A stretch of 59,000 bases of DNA, filler included. It is 5 parts of 5 records of this genome, joined end to end, with 100 filler letters (N's around TTAATTAATTAA, not from the genome) between each part and the next. Parts side by side here need not be neighbours in the genome. Positions count along the whole stretch, not along the records: positions 43,552 to 52,558 come from SRR31156797_12196; positions 52,659 to 59,000 come from SRR31156797_12211; 3 more parts are not named here. One strand, 5' to 3'. Below the pieces are notes generated by a model that saw only the letters and a list, made by a program, of their open reading frames with translations, did not search any database and was not told where the DNA came from. Numbering within the stretch: the first letter of the stretch is position 1; every line of letters begins with the position of its first letter. Both the position numbers and the translations under genes were made by a program. Shown in pieces: positions 48,016 through 58,053 of this stretch.

Positions 48016-48939
48016 ATGAAATATTTATTGACGTGTTGGCATCTGGGGGGGGGGGCCGAAATCGAAATTGAGAAAGAAAAATTCGAAGATATAAAAATTG
48101 CAAAAGAAATTTTGATTGCCTCATTGGCGATAGAAGAAAAGTATGAATTGCTTCTTTCTAATTATATTGAATTTGAAAATGAGCTTTTAAATTCCAGCAC
48201 AGACTTTATGGTAAGGCGGTCTTCAGACCTTTCAGGTTATTTTGATATTCGATTACTTTTTAATCGCAGAATTGTAAACTTATTAACATCAACAAAATTG
48301 TATATAGATCAAGCATCCAGTCACATCAAAAATTGTTTTTCTAAAAAAGAAGATATAGGTCAAAAAGTAAAATCTTATTTCTCTGAAGAATATGACAAAA
48401 ATTTTGAATATCGTTTTTTGGAAGCTTTGCGAAATTATGTGCAGCACAGGGGGCTGGCCGTTCATTTAACTTCGCAACATATGAGTTGGAAACCTCCGAT
48501 AAAACATGAAAAGTTAGAATTTAGCCAGTCTTTATTTTCCAAAAAAACTGATTTAATGGAAGACAAGGTTTTCAAAGCTCAGGTCCTTGATGAAATGCCG
48601 GATGAAGTTGAATTAATTCATGCCGTTCGAAGCTATATTAGCTCGTTAAGCAGAATACACGGGAATAATAGAGAATTGCTGGCAAAAAAATCGGAATGGG
48701 CCAGGGATATTTTAGAAAAAGTAATTCATGATTATGAGCTCCAAAATGAAGGAGATTCGATTGCTCTATCTGTTGTTATTCAAGATTGTGTTAATTCAAA
48801 AACAGAAATTATTAAAAAAATTCCTATTTCCCTCGAATGGGATAATATCAGATTAAAAATGGTAAAAACAAATCAAGTATTAAACAATTTAGAGCAAAGA
48901 TATGTATCTGGTATGCCACATAAAGAGCGGTCTAAGTAG
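48016..48939 (+). CDS. Putative HEPN-domain (RxxxxH) protein
   Basis: Helical pattern; NLLTSTKLYIDQ and YRFLEALRNYVQH. Confidence 0.6.
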   Translation: MKYLLTCWHLGGGAEIEIEKEKFEDIKIAKEILIASLAIEEKYELLLSNYIEFENELLNSSTDFMVRRSSDLSGYFDIRLLFNRRIVNLLTSTKLYIDQASSHIKNCFSKKEDIGQKVKSYFSEEYDKNFEYRFLEALRNYVQHRGLAVHLTSQHMSWKPPIKHEKLEFSQSLFSKKTDLMEDKVFKAQVLDEMPDEVELIHAVRSYISSLSRIHGNNRELLAKKSEWARDILEKVIHDYELQNEGDSIALSVVIQDCVNSKTEIIKKIPISLEWDNIRLKMVKTNQVLNNLEQRYVSGMPHKERSK

Positions 48940-48969
48940 AAAAAGGCCCCCGGCCATTGACCAGGGGCC
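48940..48969 (-). terminator. Terminator between converging genes
   Basis: GGCCCC..GGGGCC stem with A-run on the plus side (U-tract on minus). Confidence 0.6.
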
Positions 48970-48981
48970 AGAATTGATTAA

Positions 48982-49580
48982 TTATTCATAAGCCAACCGC
49001 CTTTCCTGGGCCATCATGCCCCGCATGTTATCCATTGCGCTTGTCACTCCATCTTGAACGGCCTGGGTCACGGCTTTGTGATCTGCACCGGCCCCGACAC
49101 TAACCGGGATTGTGATAGAATTTTCTTGCCGTATATTGGACGTGGCCCCCCGGCCTTGTGGCATACGGTCCACGGCCCGAACAAAGGGGCGGGACGTTTC
49201 CGGGGTTTTTTCTTGTTTGAATAAGCGACCAACCAGGGGGATTCTTTTCATGACGGAACCAATCTTATTCCCGATATCAAAGAATAGTTGTTTAATCGGT
49301 TCCCAATGCTTCCAAACCTGATAGGCGGCCAAGCCCACACCGGCAACCGCCGCACCAATAGCAAGCACCGTACCGGATATGGGGGCCGTAACCAAAGCCA
49401 ATCCGGCAAACCCGGCCTTTAATCCCGCCAGGACAGGCCCCAGGGTTGCAAGCCCACCAAGAGCAAAACTAATACCAGAAACAGCAGCCCCCAGGGTCAA
49501 AGCACCCGTGACAAGGCCACCAATGGCAATTGTCCCCCCGGCAATGATTTTTGTCAGGGTTTGGTGTTCCCTGAAGCGGT
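48982..49580 (-). pseudogene. Phage tail tape-measure protein, C-terminal fragment
   Basis: Ala/Gly-rich amphipathic run, AAYQVWKHWEPIKQLF; N-terminal part missing. Confidence 0.72.
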
Positions 49581-50214
49581 CTTGGCCCAAGCCGCCTCAG
49601 AGGGTCGGCAGGGTAGTTTCTCTGCTGCTGTATCAAACCTCCTGGGATCATTGAGCGGCCAACAGGGTATCTCCGTCAGCACCATACTCAGCCTTGCAGA
49701 CACGGTACCGGACTTGAGCGGCAAACTCGGGATCCAGGGGCCGATCGCTGCGGAAGTATCCCTTGCAGCCCAATTGTTCGGGACCAACGGCAGCGGCCAG
49801 GTGATAACCGAGGGGTCGCTTAATAGCATCACCGAAGCGATAGGTGCGGAAATTTTCGGGCAAGCAGGGAATTCAGGAACCTTGGCCGGGCAGCTTGTTG
49901 CCGCGGCCTCACTTGCCGGGAAACTTGGAGCCAGCGGATCCTATACCATGCAGCTTGACGGCATATCTGCCATGATTGAGGGCATTTTGGGGGTGTCCGG
50001 ACAGATCATCACAACGGTGTCAGCCGGGGCAAATATGGCTGGGAAAATAGGAGTGTCTGCAGATGTGATCACCGCCTTGTCAGACCTGGACCTTCAGCTA
50101 ATCGAATTCACCATTTCGGATCAAATCCACCGGATTATTATATCAACAAAAACCGGGCAGGCCATATTTCTGGCCCCTAAGACCGGAACTATAGATTTTT
50201 CAATAGAAACATAA
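49561..50214 (+). pseudogene. Phage-like Gly/Ala/Ser-rich protein, probably 5'-truncated
   Basis: Repeated xGxxGxSG units; no RBS; abuts the opposite-strand tape-measure fragment. Confidence 0.5.
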
Positions 50215-50223
50215 GGAGGCCCC

Positions 50224-50631
50224 ATGACATTAGGAGTCGCAGTATCATTAAGAAACGCTTATCTCAACACCCTTCGGGATGCAATCGATGGGGGCACGGC
50301 AGAGGGGGAAATTAAATTTTATACCGGCGTCCGGCCGGCAACCGGGGGGGCCTTGTCCGGCAATACCCTCCTTGGCATTGTTAATTTCAGCGATCCCTGC
50401 GCACCTGATGCAGTAGGCGGTGTGCTGACTTTTAACAGTTTTATCGATGATGACAATGCCGATAATAACGGGCAGGCTGCCTGGGCAAGGATCACGGACA
50501 GCGAGGATAATTTCGTGACCGATGCCAGTGTGGGGCTTTCCGACGCGGACATTATCCTGAACAGCTTGGACATTGCCCAGGGCGGAATTATCCGGGTCAC
50601 CTCCGGAACCCTGACAGCTGGGAATGCGTGA
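50224..50631 (+). CDS. Phage-like structural protein
   Basis: AAGGAGG RBS; RNA.L..I.FYTG.RPA..G.AAWARI pattern recalled from phage tail-region proteins. Confidence 0.6.
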   Translation: MTLGVAVSLRNAYLNTLRDAIDGGTAEGEIKFYTGVRPATGGALSGNTLLGIVNFSDPCAPDAVGGVLTFNSFIDDDNADNNGQAAWARITDSEDNFVTDASVGLSDADIILNSLDIAQGGIIRVTSGTLTAGNA

Positions 50632-51011
50632 TGAGTCAGCCTAAAGTTGGGGAAGGAAAAACGTCTTATCATGAGTATTCTCTTTTAAAGCCGGCTCCCG
50701 ATCCTGTTCCGGCTGAAGCCGTTTCTATTGACGGGCAGCCTTATATCCCTGTAGAAACAGTGGAAGCCTTGAAGTATAAATTGTCTGACGGTTATGAGGA
50801 CCTGCTTCCCTGGACAGAACTTCCTTTAGAAACTACCGGAGTCATTGAAATTCCAGGGCACATAAATCGTGTTTCGAATCGTAGGCGGACTCGGATATTA
50901 ACTCTGTTTGCGGTTCATGACGGTGGGAAACACTTACCCATGGAGATATCCTATACTCTGGTCGATTGCTCCGGCATTACGGCGGAAACTGAGCCCAAAA
51001 CTCAGATTTAG
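50628..51011 (+). CDS. Hypothetical phage-like protein
   Basis: GTGA overlap with the previous gene; 127 aa. Confidence 0.55.
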   Translation: MMSQPKVGEGKTSYHEYSLLKPAPDPVPAEAVSIDGQPYIPVETVEALKYKLSDGYEDLLPWTELPLETTGVIEIPGHINRVSNRRRTRILTLFAVHDGGKHLPMEISYTLVDCSGITAETEPKTQI

Positions 51012-51318
51012 TTGATGGGGGGATCCGGGGGTCGGAAATAGGGAATTTAAATTTTAAAAATATGGTATTACCTGCAAAAAAACCTTAGATTGCGTGCCGC
51101 GTTACAAGGTTCATCGCTTTCCGGTCAGAACCTTTAAATGAATGTAAATAAATCTCTGTGGTCGTTCTGTTTTCATGTCCCAGAAGATCCTGGATGGTTC
51201 TTAAGGGATTATCATGGAAAAGAGTTGCGGCTCCCCCGACGTCCGGGTATTATCCGGAAGATGATTTTTTAGACTGGCATGAGGATTAAGTTTTTAAGGG
51301 TGAAAGCAGGCATCTAAG

Positions 51319-51681
51319 ATGAGCAATCAATACCACAAAGAAATGCGCTACCATTTGGGCCGGGATATGAGGAAAGAAAGCATCTCAACCCCAAGGTCTG
51401 TAGGGGATGTCTTAAATAAGCTTCTTCCAAAAATGCGGCCGAAACAGAATCAAGCCATGGATCAAATATGGCGGCATTGGCGGGGTGCTGTCGGGCCGTT
51501 TATTTCTGAATCTGCAAAACCCCAAGCATATAAAGATGGGGTTTTGGTGGTTCGGGTAGCCAGCTCAAGCCACATGATGCAGTTTCGGTTTTTGGAAGCT
51601 GAGATGATAAAAAACTTAAATGCCTGTATCGACGGCATTGAGGTGCGGCAGCTTAACATGAAGGTGGGAAGGGTGGATTGA
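51319..51681 (+). CDS. DUF721/DciA-family protein
   Basis: IWRHWRGAVGPFISESAKP..DGVLVVRVASS..F.E.EMIKNLN. Confidence 0.8.
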   Translation: MSNQYHKEMRYHLGRDMRKESISTPRSVGDVLNKLLPKMRPKQNQAMDQIWRHWRGAVGPFISESAKPQAYKDGVLVVRVASSSHMMQFRFLEAEMIKNLNACIDGIEVRQLNMKVGRVD

Positions 51682-51770
51682 ATATCTATATTCTTTTTAT
51701 CTATATAATTTCTTAATTTTAGGGAAACGGACTTGCAAAGAACACTGGAGTCAGGCTACTCTTCAATTAA

Positions 51771-52298
51771 ATGGATTTTCGTAAAATTTTTACCTCAAAA
51801 ATGATTGAACAAAAAAAGGCGTGTATGAAACATATTCCTCCATATTTAATTTCGGGGTTTATTGGATCTCTTTTAGTCAGTTTGATGTCTTTGGTTCATC
51901 ATTCCTTTATTTTGAAAATATCTAACACGCCAAAATCATTCATTATACCGATACTGGTTGGTTTTGTGTCTGGAATATTAATACAATATTTTAAAATAAA
52001 GTGGAAAAATGAGGCTATTGAAAAAGAGAAGGCAAAACTTGAAACGATTAGAGAGATCACAGGTGCCGTTTGCCATGAGTTAAATCAGCCCTTAATGATT
52101 ATTAGTGGGTATCTTGAAATATTAATTGAAGATCTATCCGAAAAAGATATGGGGTACAAAAATGTCATGGAAATTCAAAAGCAAACAAAACGTATTGCTG
52201 AATTGACAAATAAAATGATTGAAATTAACGATTATGTAACTAAACCTTATTTATCAGGGAAAATAATGGATATAGAACAATCTTATATCGAAAAATGA
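51771..52298 (+). CDS. 2-TM protein with HisKA dimerisation domain, no ATPase domain
   Basis: Two TMs; GAVCHELNQPLMIISGY H-box; ends YVTKPYL..IMDI. Confidence 0.75.
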   Translation: MDFRKIFTSKMIEQKKACMKHIPPYLISGFIGSLLVSLMSLVHHSFILKISNTPKSFIIPILVGFVSGILIQYFKIKWKNEAIEKEKAKLETIREITGAVCHELNQPLMIISGYLEILIEDLSEKDMGYKNVMEIQKQTKRIAELTNKMIEINDYVTKPYLSGKIMDIEQSYIEK

Positions 52299-52352
52299 GA
52301 GCCAACTTAAATAGCTATACATTTACATTATTTTCCAGCCCGGCCCAGGAAC

Positions 52353-52399
52353 AAAAAAGCCCCCCTTCCCAGCAAAAATAGGAAGGGGGGCTTTATTTT
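52353..52399. terminator. Bidirectional intrinsic terminator
   Basis: AAAAAAGCCCCCCTTCC..GGAAGGGGGGCTTTATTTT. Confidence 0.75.
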
Positions 52400-52558
52400 A
52401 AATCCGAAAATTACCGGTTCAACTGACTCCGAATATTAGCAGCCATAGTCTATCGGTCAGGCCCTTCCTGATCCTTGTCCAAGTATGAAGCAAAGCTGGC
52501 CGGACTCTGTTCAAGCCTGCACTCTCGATCACTTTTCCAGGCCAGGGCCTTTTCATGC

Positions 52559-52658
52559 NNNNNNNNNNNNNNNNNNNNNNNNNNNNNNNNNNNNNNNNNN
52601 NNTTAATTAATTAANNNNNNNNNNNNNNNNNNNNNNNNNNNNNNNNNNNNNNNNNNNN
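52559..52658. other. Artificial contig spacer
   Basis: N-run with TTAATTAATTAA. Confidence 0.98.
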
Positions 52659-52687
52659 GTAAAGACGCAGCATTGCTGCGTCTCTAC
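52659..52687. repeat. GTAG-type REP palindrome
   Basis: GTAAAGACGCAGCATTGCTGCGTCTCTAC. Confidence 0.8.
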
Positions 52688-52731
52688 AATTTAATCGTTT
52701 TTTTATATCACATTTCCACTTACATTCTCAC

Positions 52732-54894
52732 ATGAAAAACAAACCCGAACTCCTCGCTCCCGCCGGCAATCTTAATGCCGCTATCACAGCTTTCGAGAAT
52801 GGTGCCGATGCCGTCTATGCCGGATTAGGCAAATTCAATGCGCGTGAACGCACCGAAAATTTTAATTTCTACGATTACGGCAAATTAATGGCCTATGCAA
52901 ATAAGCATGGGAAAAAGGTCTATTTGACCTTTAACACGCTTGTTAAAGAAAATGAGATCGAGGAAGCCATCAACATGCTGTATCGCATTACGCGACTTCA
53001 GCCTGATGCGGTCATTACACAAGATATCGGTGTCGTGCGATTAATGAGGGAATACTTTCCTCACATTCCGGTGCATGCTTCCACTCAAATGGCCATCCAT
53101 AATTCTGCCGGTGTTGCTCAGGCAAAAAAAATGGGTATCGAACGTGTGATCCTGGAACGCCAGGTCACAATGGATGAACTAAAGGAGATCAAAAAGAACT
53201 CCGAATTGGAACTGGAAGTATTCATTCATGGAGCGCTTTGCTGCTCTTTGTCCGGTGTATGCCTGTTCTCGTCCTGGATGGGGGGACATAGCGGAAATCG
53301 TGGCAAATGCAAGCAACCTTGTCGTCGTCGTTATCATTCACAAGACGGCAATGGTTTCTTTTTCTCAACTCAAGACCTCTATATGCTTGAAGATATTCCG
53401 AAATTGAAAGAAGCCGGACTGGCGTCGCTCAAGATCGAAGGCAGACTGAGAAAATCGGACTACGTGGCTGCTACGGTCAAAGCCTATCGTATTATGCTGG
53501 ATGCCGAAGATCATGAGATCAAACAGAAATTACCGGAAGCAAAAGCCATTTTGAATGATGCATTCGGAAGAAAATGGTCCACCGGATTCTATGAAAAAGA
53601 AAAATATGGCGATGTGATCGAATCCGAACGACTGGGGGTTTCCGGAAAACAGATCGGACATGTTCTAAGTTCAAAGAAAAGTGGATTTGAAATGCAGGCC
53701 TCTCAGCCGCTCAGGCTTGGAGATAAGATCAGGGTTCAACCCAAAAGTGGAATGGAAGGTCCTGCCATAACTGTGACCAAAATCACAAAAGATGGACAAC
53801 AGGCCACGCGACTGGGTAATAGAGAGATCGGTTTTATCCATTGTAACAAACAGATCCCGGAAGACGGCATGGTTTATAAGACCGGTATTTCCGTTAAAGA
53901 ATACACTCGTTTGATCGAACAACTTCCAATCCTAGAACAAAACTTGGATCTGGATATCGAGATCAACGATAAACTTATGCGGGTAAGCGTAAAACATCAT
54001 CCGCATCTTCCCGTTTGGGAGTCTCAAACAGGTTTTCCTGCTGCGGAGAAGAGAGCGGTAGAAGCCCAAAATTTTGAAAAAGAATTCTTAAAAGCAGGAA
54101 CTCACAGACTCGGTATCAAACGCGTGTCAGTTAGCCTGGCTGGTGAATACTTTGTTGCCCAGCGGGACGTAAGAAAATTCCGTCAGGCTTTTACCGAATG
54201 GCTCATGGATAATTATATTCCAGCACCTGTTCCCGATTATGCAGTACCCCTTCCGGGAGAAGCAAAAAATAAGATCATACATACGACTGCAGTTAATGGC
54301 CAAGGACAGGGGCGAATTGCAAGAACTGAGAATGTGAAAGCTGGAGAAGAGTATATTCTACCCTTATTTTGTCCTGAGACAGGACTTAAAGAATTAAAAA
54401 ACAAAATATTACAGTCATATAAAAATGGCGTCAGAAATTTCAGAGTAACATCACTATTTCAATTTGAGATGTTAAAAGATCTGAAAGATATCGAGATCAA
54501 TACAGGATTGCCTTTACCCGTTACAAATAGATTGGCGATCGAAACCCTGAAAAAATGGGGTGTGAATAAAGCGCAACTATGGGTTGAACTTGAAAAAGAG
54601 ATTTTAATACGATTGATCGAGCAAAAACCCGATGATGTGGAAGTTTATGCCTACGGCAGATTACCTATTCTTCAAACTCGCGCAAAATTACCGGCTGAAG
54701 GCAAGATCACCGATGGCCGCGGTGCCGGATTTTTTATCGAAAGGGGAGATGTGTTGACTTCCTTGTATCCCGAAAAGGTTTTTGCATTGCCGACGGAAGA
54801 ATTACCCGACGTTTCCACTTTTACCGATCTGACCCATGCCAAGCCTAATGAAGAAGCGGTGTCGATGTTTAATTATGAACGGGAAATGGCTTAA
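52732..54894 (+). CDS. U32-family protein, long RlhA-like form (RNA hydroxylation family)
   Basis: PELLAPAG, GADAVYAG, HASTQ, HGALCCSLSGVC, NRGKCKQPCR, SLKIEGR. Confidence 0.88.
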   Translation: MKNKPELLAPAGNLNAAITAFENGADAVYAGLGKFNARERTENFNFYDYGKLMAYANKHGKKVYLTFNTLVKENEIEEAINMLYRITRLQPDAVITQDIGVVRLMREYFPHIPVHASTQMAIHNSAGVAQAKKMGIERVILERQVTMDELKEIKKNSELELEVFIHGALCCSLSGVCLFSSWMGGHSGNRGKCKQPCRRRYHSQDGNGFFFSTQDLYMLEDIPKLKEAGLASLKIEGRLRKSDYVAATVKAYRIMLDAEDHEIKQKLPEAKAILNDAFGRKWSTGFYEKEKYGDVIESERLGVSGKQIGHVLSSKKSGFEMQASQPLRLGDKIRVQPKSGMEGPAITVTKITKDGQQATRLGNREIGFIHCNKQIPEDGMVYKTGISVKEYTRLIEQLPILEQNLDLDIEINDKLMRVSVKHHPHLPVWESQTGFPAAEKRAVEAQNFEKEFLKAGTHRLGIKRVSVSLAGEYFVAQRDVRKFRQAFTEWLMDNYIPAPVPDYAVPLPGEAKNKIIHTTAVNGQGQGRIARTENVKAGEEYILPLFCPETGLKELKNKILQSYKNGVRNFRVTSLFQFEMLKDLKDIEINTGLPLPVTNRLAIETLKKWGVNKAQLWVELEKEILIRLIEQKPDDVEVYAYGRLPILQTRAKLPAEGKITDGRGAGFFIERGDVLTSLYPEKVFALPTEELPDVSTFTDLTHAKPNEEAVSMFNYEREMA

Positions 54895-54918
54895 TTTATA
54901 AAAAATATTCCTGAATAT

Positions 54919-54946
54919 GTAGAGGACGGTCGCGACCGTCCAGTAC
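54919..54946. repeat. GTAG-type REP-like palindrome (second variant) between convergent genes
   Basis: GTAGA-GGACGGTCGCGACCGTCC-AGTAC. Confidence 0.65.
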
Positions 54947-54969
54947 ACTACCAAAAATTTATTATTGTA

Positions 54970-55536
54970 TTAAGATACCGGCTTAGAAATCATCCTGAGA
55001 AACTCTTCTCTCGTTTCCGGATCATCATGAAATTCACCCAGAACCGCTGAAGTAGTGGTGAGTGATTTTGCTTTTTCAACACCGCGCATCTGCATGCACA
55101 TATGTCGTGCTTCAATGACCACACCTAAGCCCTTGGGTTCAAGAATATCAAAAAGCGTATCGGCAATTTGCTGGGTCAATCTTTCTTGAAGCTGTAAACG
55201 ACGGGCAAAAACATCAACGATACGGGGTAGTTTTGAAAGTCCCAAAAGCTTTTCATTGGGAATATATCCAACATGCGCCACACCAAAGAAAGGCAGTAGA
55301 TGGTGCTCACACATGCTGTAAAACTCGATATCGCGGACAATGACCATGCCCTTTGCATTTTCATGAAAAACGGCGCTATTTATGACCTCGTTGACATCTT
55401 TTGAATAACCTTGGGTCATGTATTCCCAGGCTTTGGCAACACGTTTGGGTGTTTTGATCAATCCTTCGCGACCGGGATCTTCGCCCAGTTCACTCAGCAG
55501 TTCATGTATGAGTTTTTCGACTTTATCATGGTTCAT
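54970..55536 (-). CDS. folE: GTP cyclohydrolase I
   Basis: [59 protein letters not shown] before MNHDK. Confidence 0.97.
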   Translation of the reverse strand: MNHDKVEKLIHELLSELGEDPGREGLIKTPKRVAKAWEYMTQGYSKDVNEVINSAVFHENAKGMVIVRDIEFYSMCEHHLLPFFGVAHVGYIPNEKLLGLSKLPRIVDVFARRLQLQERLTQQIADTLFDILEPKGLGVVIEARHMCMQMRGVEKAKSLTTTSAVLGEFHDDPETREEFLRMISKPVS

Positions 55537-55598
55537 GTCGTGTCCTTTCAATTCAGTTGTGAATTTACATTTACATTGTGACATTGCAAAGAAATATT

Positions 55599-55688
55599 AG
55601 CTGTCAGCAATCGGCTATCAGCTATCAGCAAATAACGATTCTTTCTCAGAAATTAGCTGCTGGCTTACAACTGTTAGCTAATAGCTGA
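55599..55688. repeat. Inverted arrays of degenerate heptamers (RGCTATC)
   Basis: AGCTGTC AGCAATC GGCTATC AGCTATC AGC, then GCTGCTG..CTGTTA GCTAATA GCTGA. Confidence 0.55.
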
Positions 55689-55778
55689 AATTTTTGTTTC
55701 TATTCGGTACCGCAATCCTTATATTTGCTAAAAATCAACAGTATGGATTACAGCAAAAATAGGGGAGGCCCGGGCTAA

Positions 55779-57374
55779 ATGAAAAAGTATCAAGATTTAT
55801 CATTTACAGGTAAATTTATGGGACGGTCGGTTTCGGTCATCAACGATCTTTCTGCAGATGAGCAATGGTATTTGTACAACAAGACCCGCCAACTGAAGGA
55901 AACCATCGCCTCCGACGGTGATCGGAGTCCTTTTCAGATTAACAGCACAGATGTGGGTGCCTACCTGGTTTTTGTAGAACCCAGTACCCGAACCAAGGAA
56001 TCCTTTCTGAATGCCGTGAAGTTTCATAACGTCAAAACGAATATCTTTGATGCGACGACCTCCTCGTTCAACAAGAAAGAAAGCTACGCGGATACCTTTC
56101 GCATGCTGACCACCTATAGTCCATACTCACTTTACATTATCCGTACCAAACTGGAGGGTGTGACGCGCTGGCTGGATTATGATCTGGGACAATTCTCCGA
56201 AAGGATGGGATTGCGCAAACCTTCCTTTATCAACGGTGGTGACGGAAAGCATGAGCATCCCACACAAGAGATCCTAGATGAATATACTTTCCTGGAACAG
56301 AATAATTTCAATCGTGACCATATCCATATCGCTTTGGTGGGTGACCTTTTTCACGGTCGAACTGTACATTCCAAAGCCGACGGATTGAAGATCTTTAAGA
56401 ACGTTGAAGTTGATCTGGTGGCTCCAAGAGAACTTGGTATGCCGATGTACTATAAACACAAGATGGAAGCAAATGGTTATAAGATCAGAGAATTTGAATC
56501 AATTGAAGAGTATGTAGCTCAGAATAAGAAAGCGAATATCTGGTATTTTACCCGCTTGCAGCTTGAACGTATGGGTGAAGATGTGCTTCAGCACGCTGAG
56601 CGCCTGACGGATTCTGTGACCTTTCGTCGCGAATGGATTGAAAAGATGGTTGAAGGAACGAAATTCTATCATCCTTTACCACGAAACCGGGAATATCCCA
56701 CCATCCCTTTCTTCCTGGATAAAACGGATCTGAACGGCTGGGATGTACAAGCCATGAATGGCTACTATACCAGAGCGGTTCTGGTTGGAATGCTGGGTGG
56801 ATCTTTAGGAGAGGATTTTGACGGTGAACATCTGAACATTAGATTTCCTCATATTGATTATATTGAAGAAGTAAAAAACTTTCAGTCTGTCCCCAAAGAA
56901 TTCAAGATAGGGACCAAGCCGGTTGAGAACGGCATTGTGATCGACCATATCGGTAAAGGTGAGGAAATAGCGACTATCTGGGAGCATATTTATAAAGCAC
57001 GGATGATACTGGATCTGAATGTTGTGTCATCTCATGGTGTGTACAAATCCCACAAGACTGGAAAGTACAAGGGAGTTCTTTCACTACCCGGGTTAGAAAA
57101 ATTTGATCTGGTCAAAATGAAGAAATTGTCTGCCATAGCACCTGAAACAACATTAAATATCATTAAAGATAGTTTAGTCCAGAAAAAATATAAGATCCAC
57201 TTCCCGCCAAAGATCTATGATTTTGATCAGATCAGTTGTAAGAATCCGGATTGTATCTCACATCCTGACCACCATGAAAATGCAACGCCTTTCTTTTACA
57301 AAACTGAAGAAAATACCTTCATATGCAAGTACTGTGATAAAAACCATAACTACAAAGATGTATGGGATATTTAA
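55779..57374 (+). CDS. pyrBI: Fused aspartate carbamoyltransferase catalytic and regulatory subunit
   Basis: EPSTRT, HEHPTQ, GDLFHGRTVHS, TRLQLER, HPLPR; then NGIVIDHI and CKNPDCIS..CKYCD zinc site. Confidence 0.93.
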   Translation: MKKYQDLSFTGKFMGRSVSVINDLSADEQWYLYNKTRQLKETIASDGDRSPFQINSTDVGAYLVFVEPSTRTKESFLNAVKFHNVKTNIFDATTSSFNKKESYADTFRMLTTYSPYSLYIIRTKLEGVTRWLDYDLGQFSERMGLRKPSFINGGDGKHEHPTQEILDEYTFLEQNNFNRDHIHIALVGDLFHGRTVHSKADGLKIFKNVEVDLVAPRELGMPMYYKHKMEANGYKIREFESIEEYVAQNKKANIWYFTRLQLERMGEDVLQHAERLTDSVTFRREWIEKMVEGTKFYHPLPRNREYPTIPFFLDKTDLNGWDVQAMNGYYTRAVLVGMLGGSLGEDFDGEHLNIRFPHIDYIEEVKNFQSVPKEFKIGTKPVENGIVIDHIGKGEEIATIWEHIYKARMILDLNVVSSHGVYKSHKTGKYKGVLSLPGLEKFDLVKMKKLSAIAPETTLNIIKDSLVQKKYKIHFPPKIYDFDQISCKNPDCISHPDHHENATPFFYKTEENTFICKYCDKNHNYKDVWDI

Positions 57375-57388
57375 CTTAGAGGAGATCC

Positions 57389-58042
57389 ATGGAAAACATC
57401 GCAAGACAGATCGCTAAAGCAGCGCTCGAGATCAAAGCCGTAAAATTACAACCAGATGATCCTTTTACCTGGGCATCGGGTTACAAAATGCCGATCTATA
57501 ACGATAATCGCTTATTTTTATTTTATCCGAAATACCGGAGATTGATCGCTGAAGGTTTCGCAAAACTGATCAATGAAAAACAGATATCCTGCGATATCGT
57601 TGCCGGAACTCCGACTGCCGGTATCCCCCATGGTGTTTTATTCGCTGACGTGATCGATAAACCCTTCATTTATCCCCGTAAATGGCAAAAAGGTCATGGA
57701 ATGAAGAACATGATCGAGGGTGTTCCGAATATTGACATGATCAAGGATAAAAATGTCGTCATGATCGAAGATTTGATCTCAACAGGTGGAAGCTCGGTCG
57801 AATCTCTTGAAGTTGTCAGATCAGCCGGAGCAAAAGTTGATACCTGTTTATCAATTTTCTCATATGGCTTTCAGAAAGCGCAAGATGCTTTTGATGCGGT
57901 TGAAGCAAAATATTATTCATTGATCAGTCTGGATACTTTGATTGCAGTTGTTGAAGAAGAAGAGTATTTTAATGCAGAACAGGTAGAATTATTAAGACAG
58001 TGGCAAGCATCACCCTTCACTTGGGGTGAACGCTTTAAATAA
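57389..58042 (+). CDS. pyrE: Orotate phosphoribosyltransferase
   Basis: FTWASGYKMPIYNDNR, TAGIPH, IEDLISTGGS. Confidence 0.95.
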   Translation: MENIARQIAKAALEIKAVKLQPDDPFTWASGYKMPIYNDNRLFLFYPKYRRLIAEGFAKLINEKQISCDIVAGTPTAGIPHGVLFADVIDKPFIYPRKWQKGHGMKNMIEGVPNIDMIKDKNVVMIEDLISTGGSSVESLEVVRSAGAKVDTCLSIFSYGFQKAQDAFDAVEAKYYSLISLDTLIAVVEEEEYFNAEQVELLRQWQASPFTWGERFK

Positions 58043-58053
58043 AAGGATCAAGC

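Noticed and set aside
18171-52658. Repeated TTAATTAATTAA within N-runs
   Set aside because: Four identical 100-nt artificial linkers; not biological, so no cross-contig gene links were inferred.
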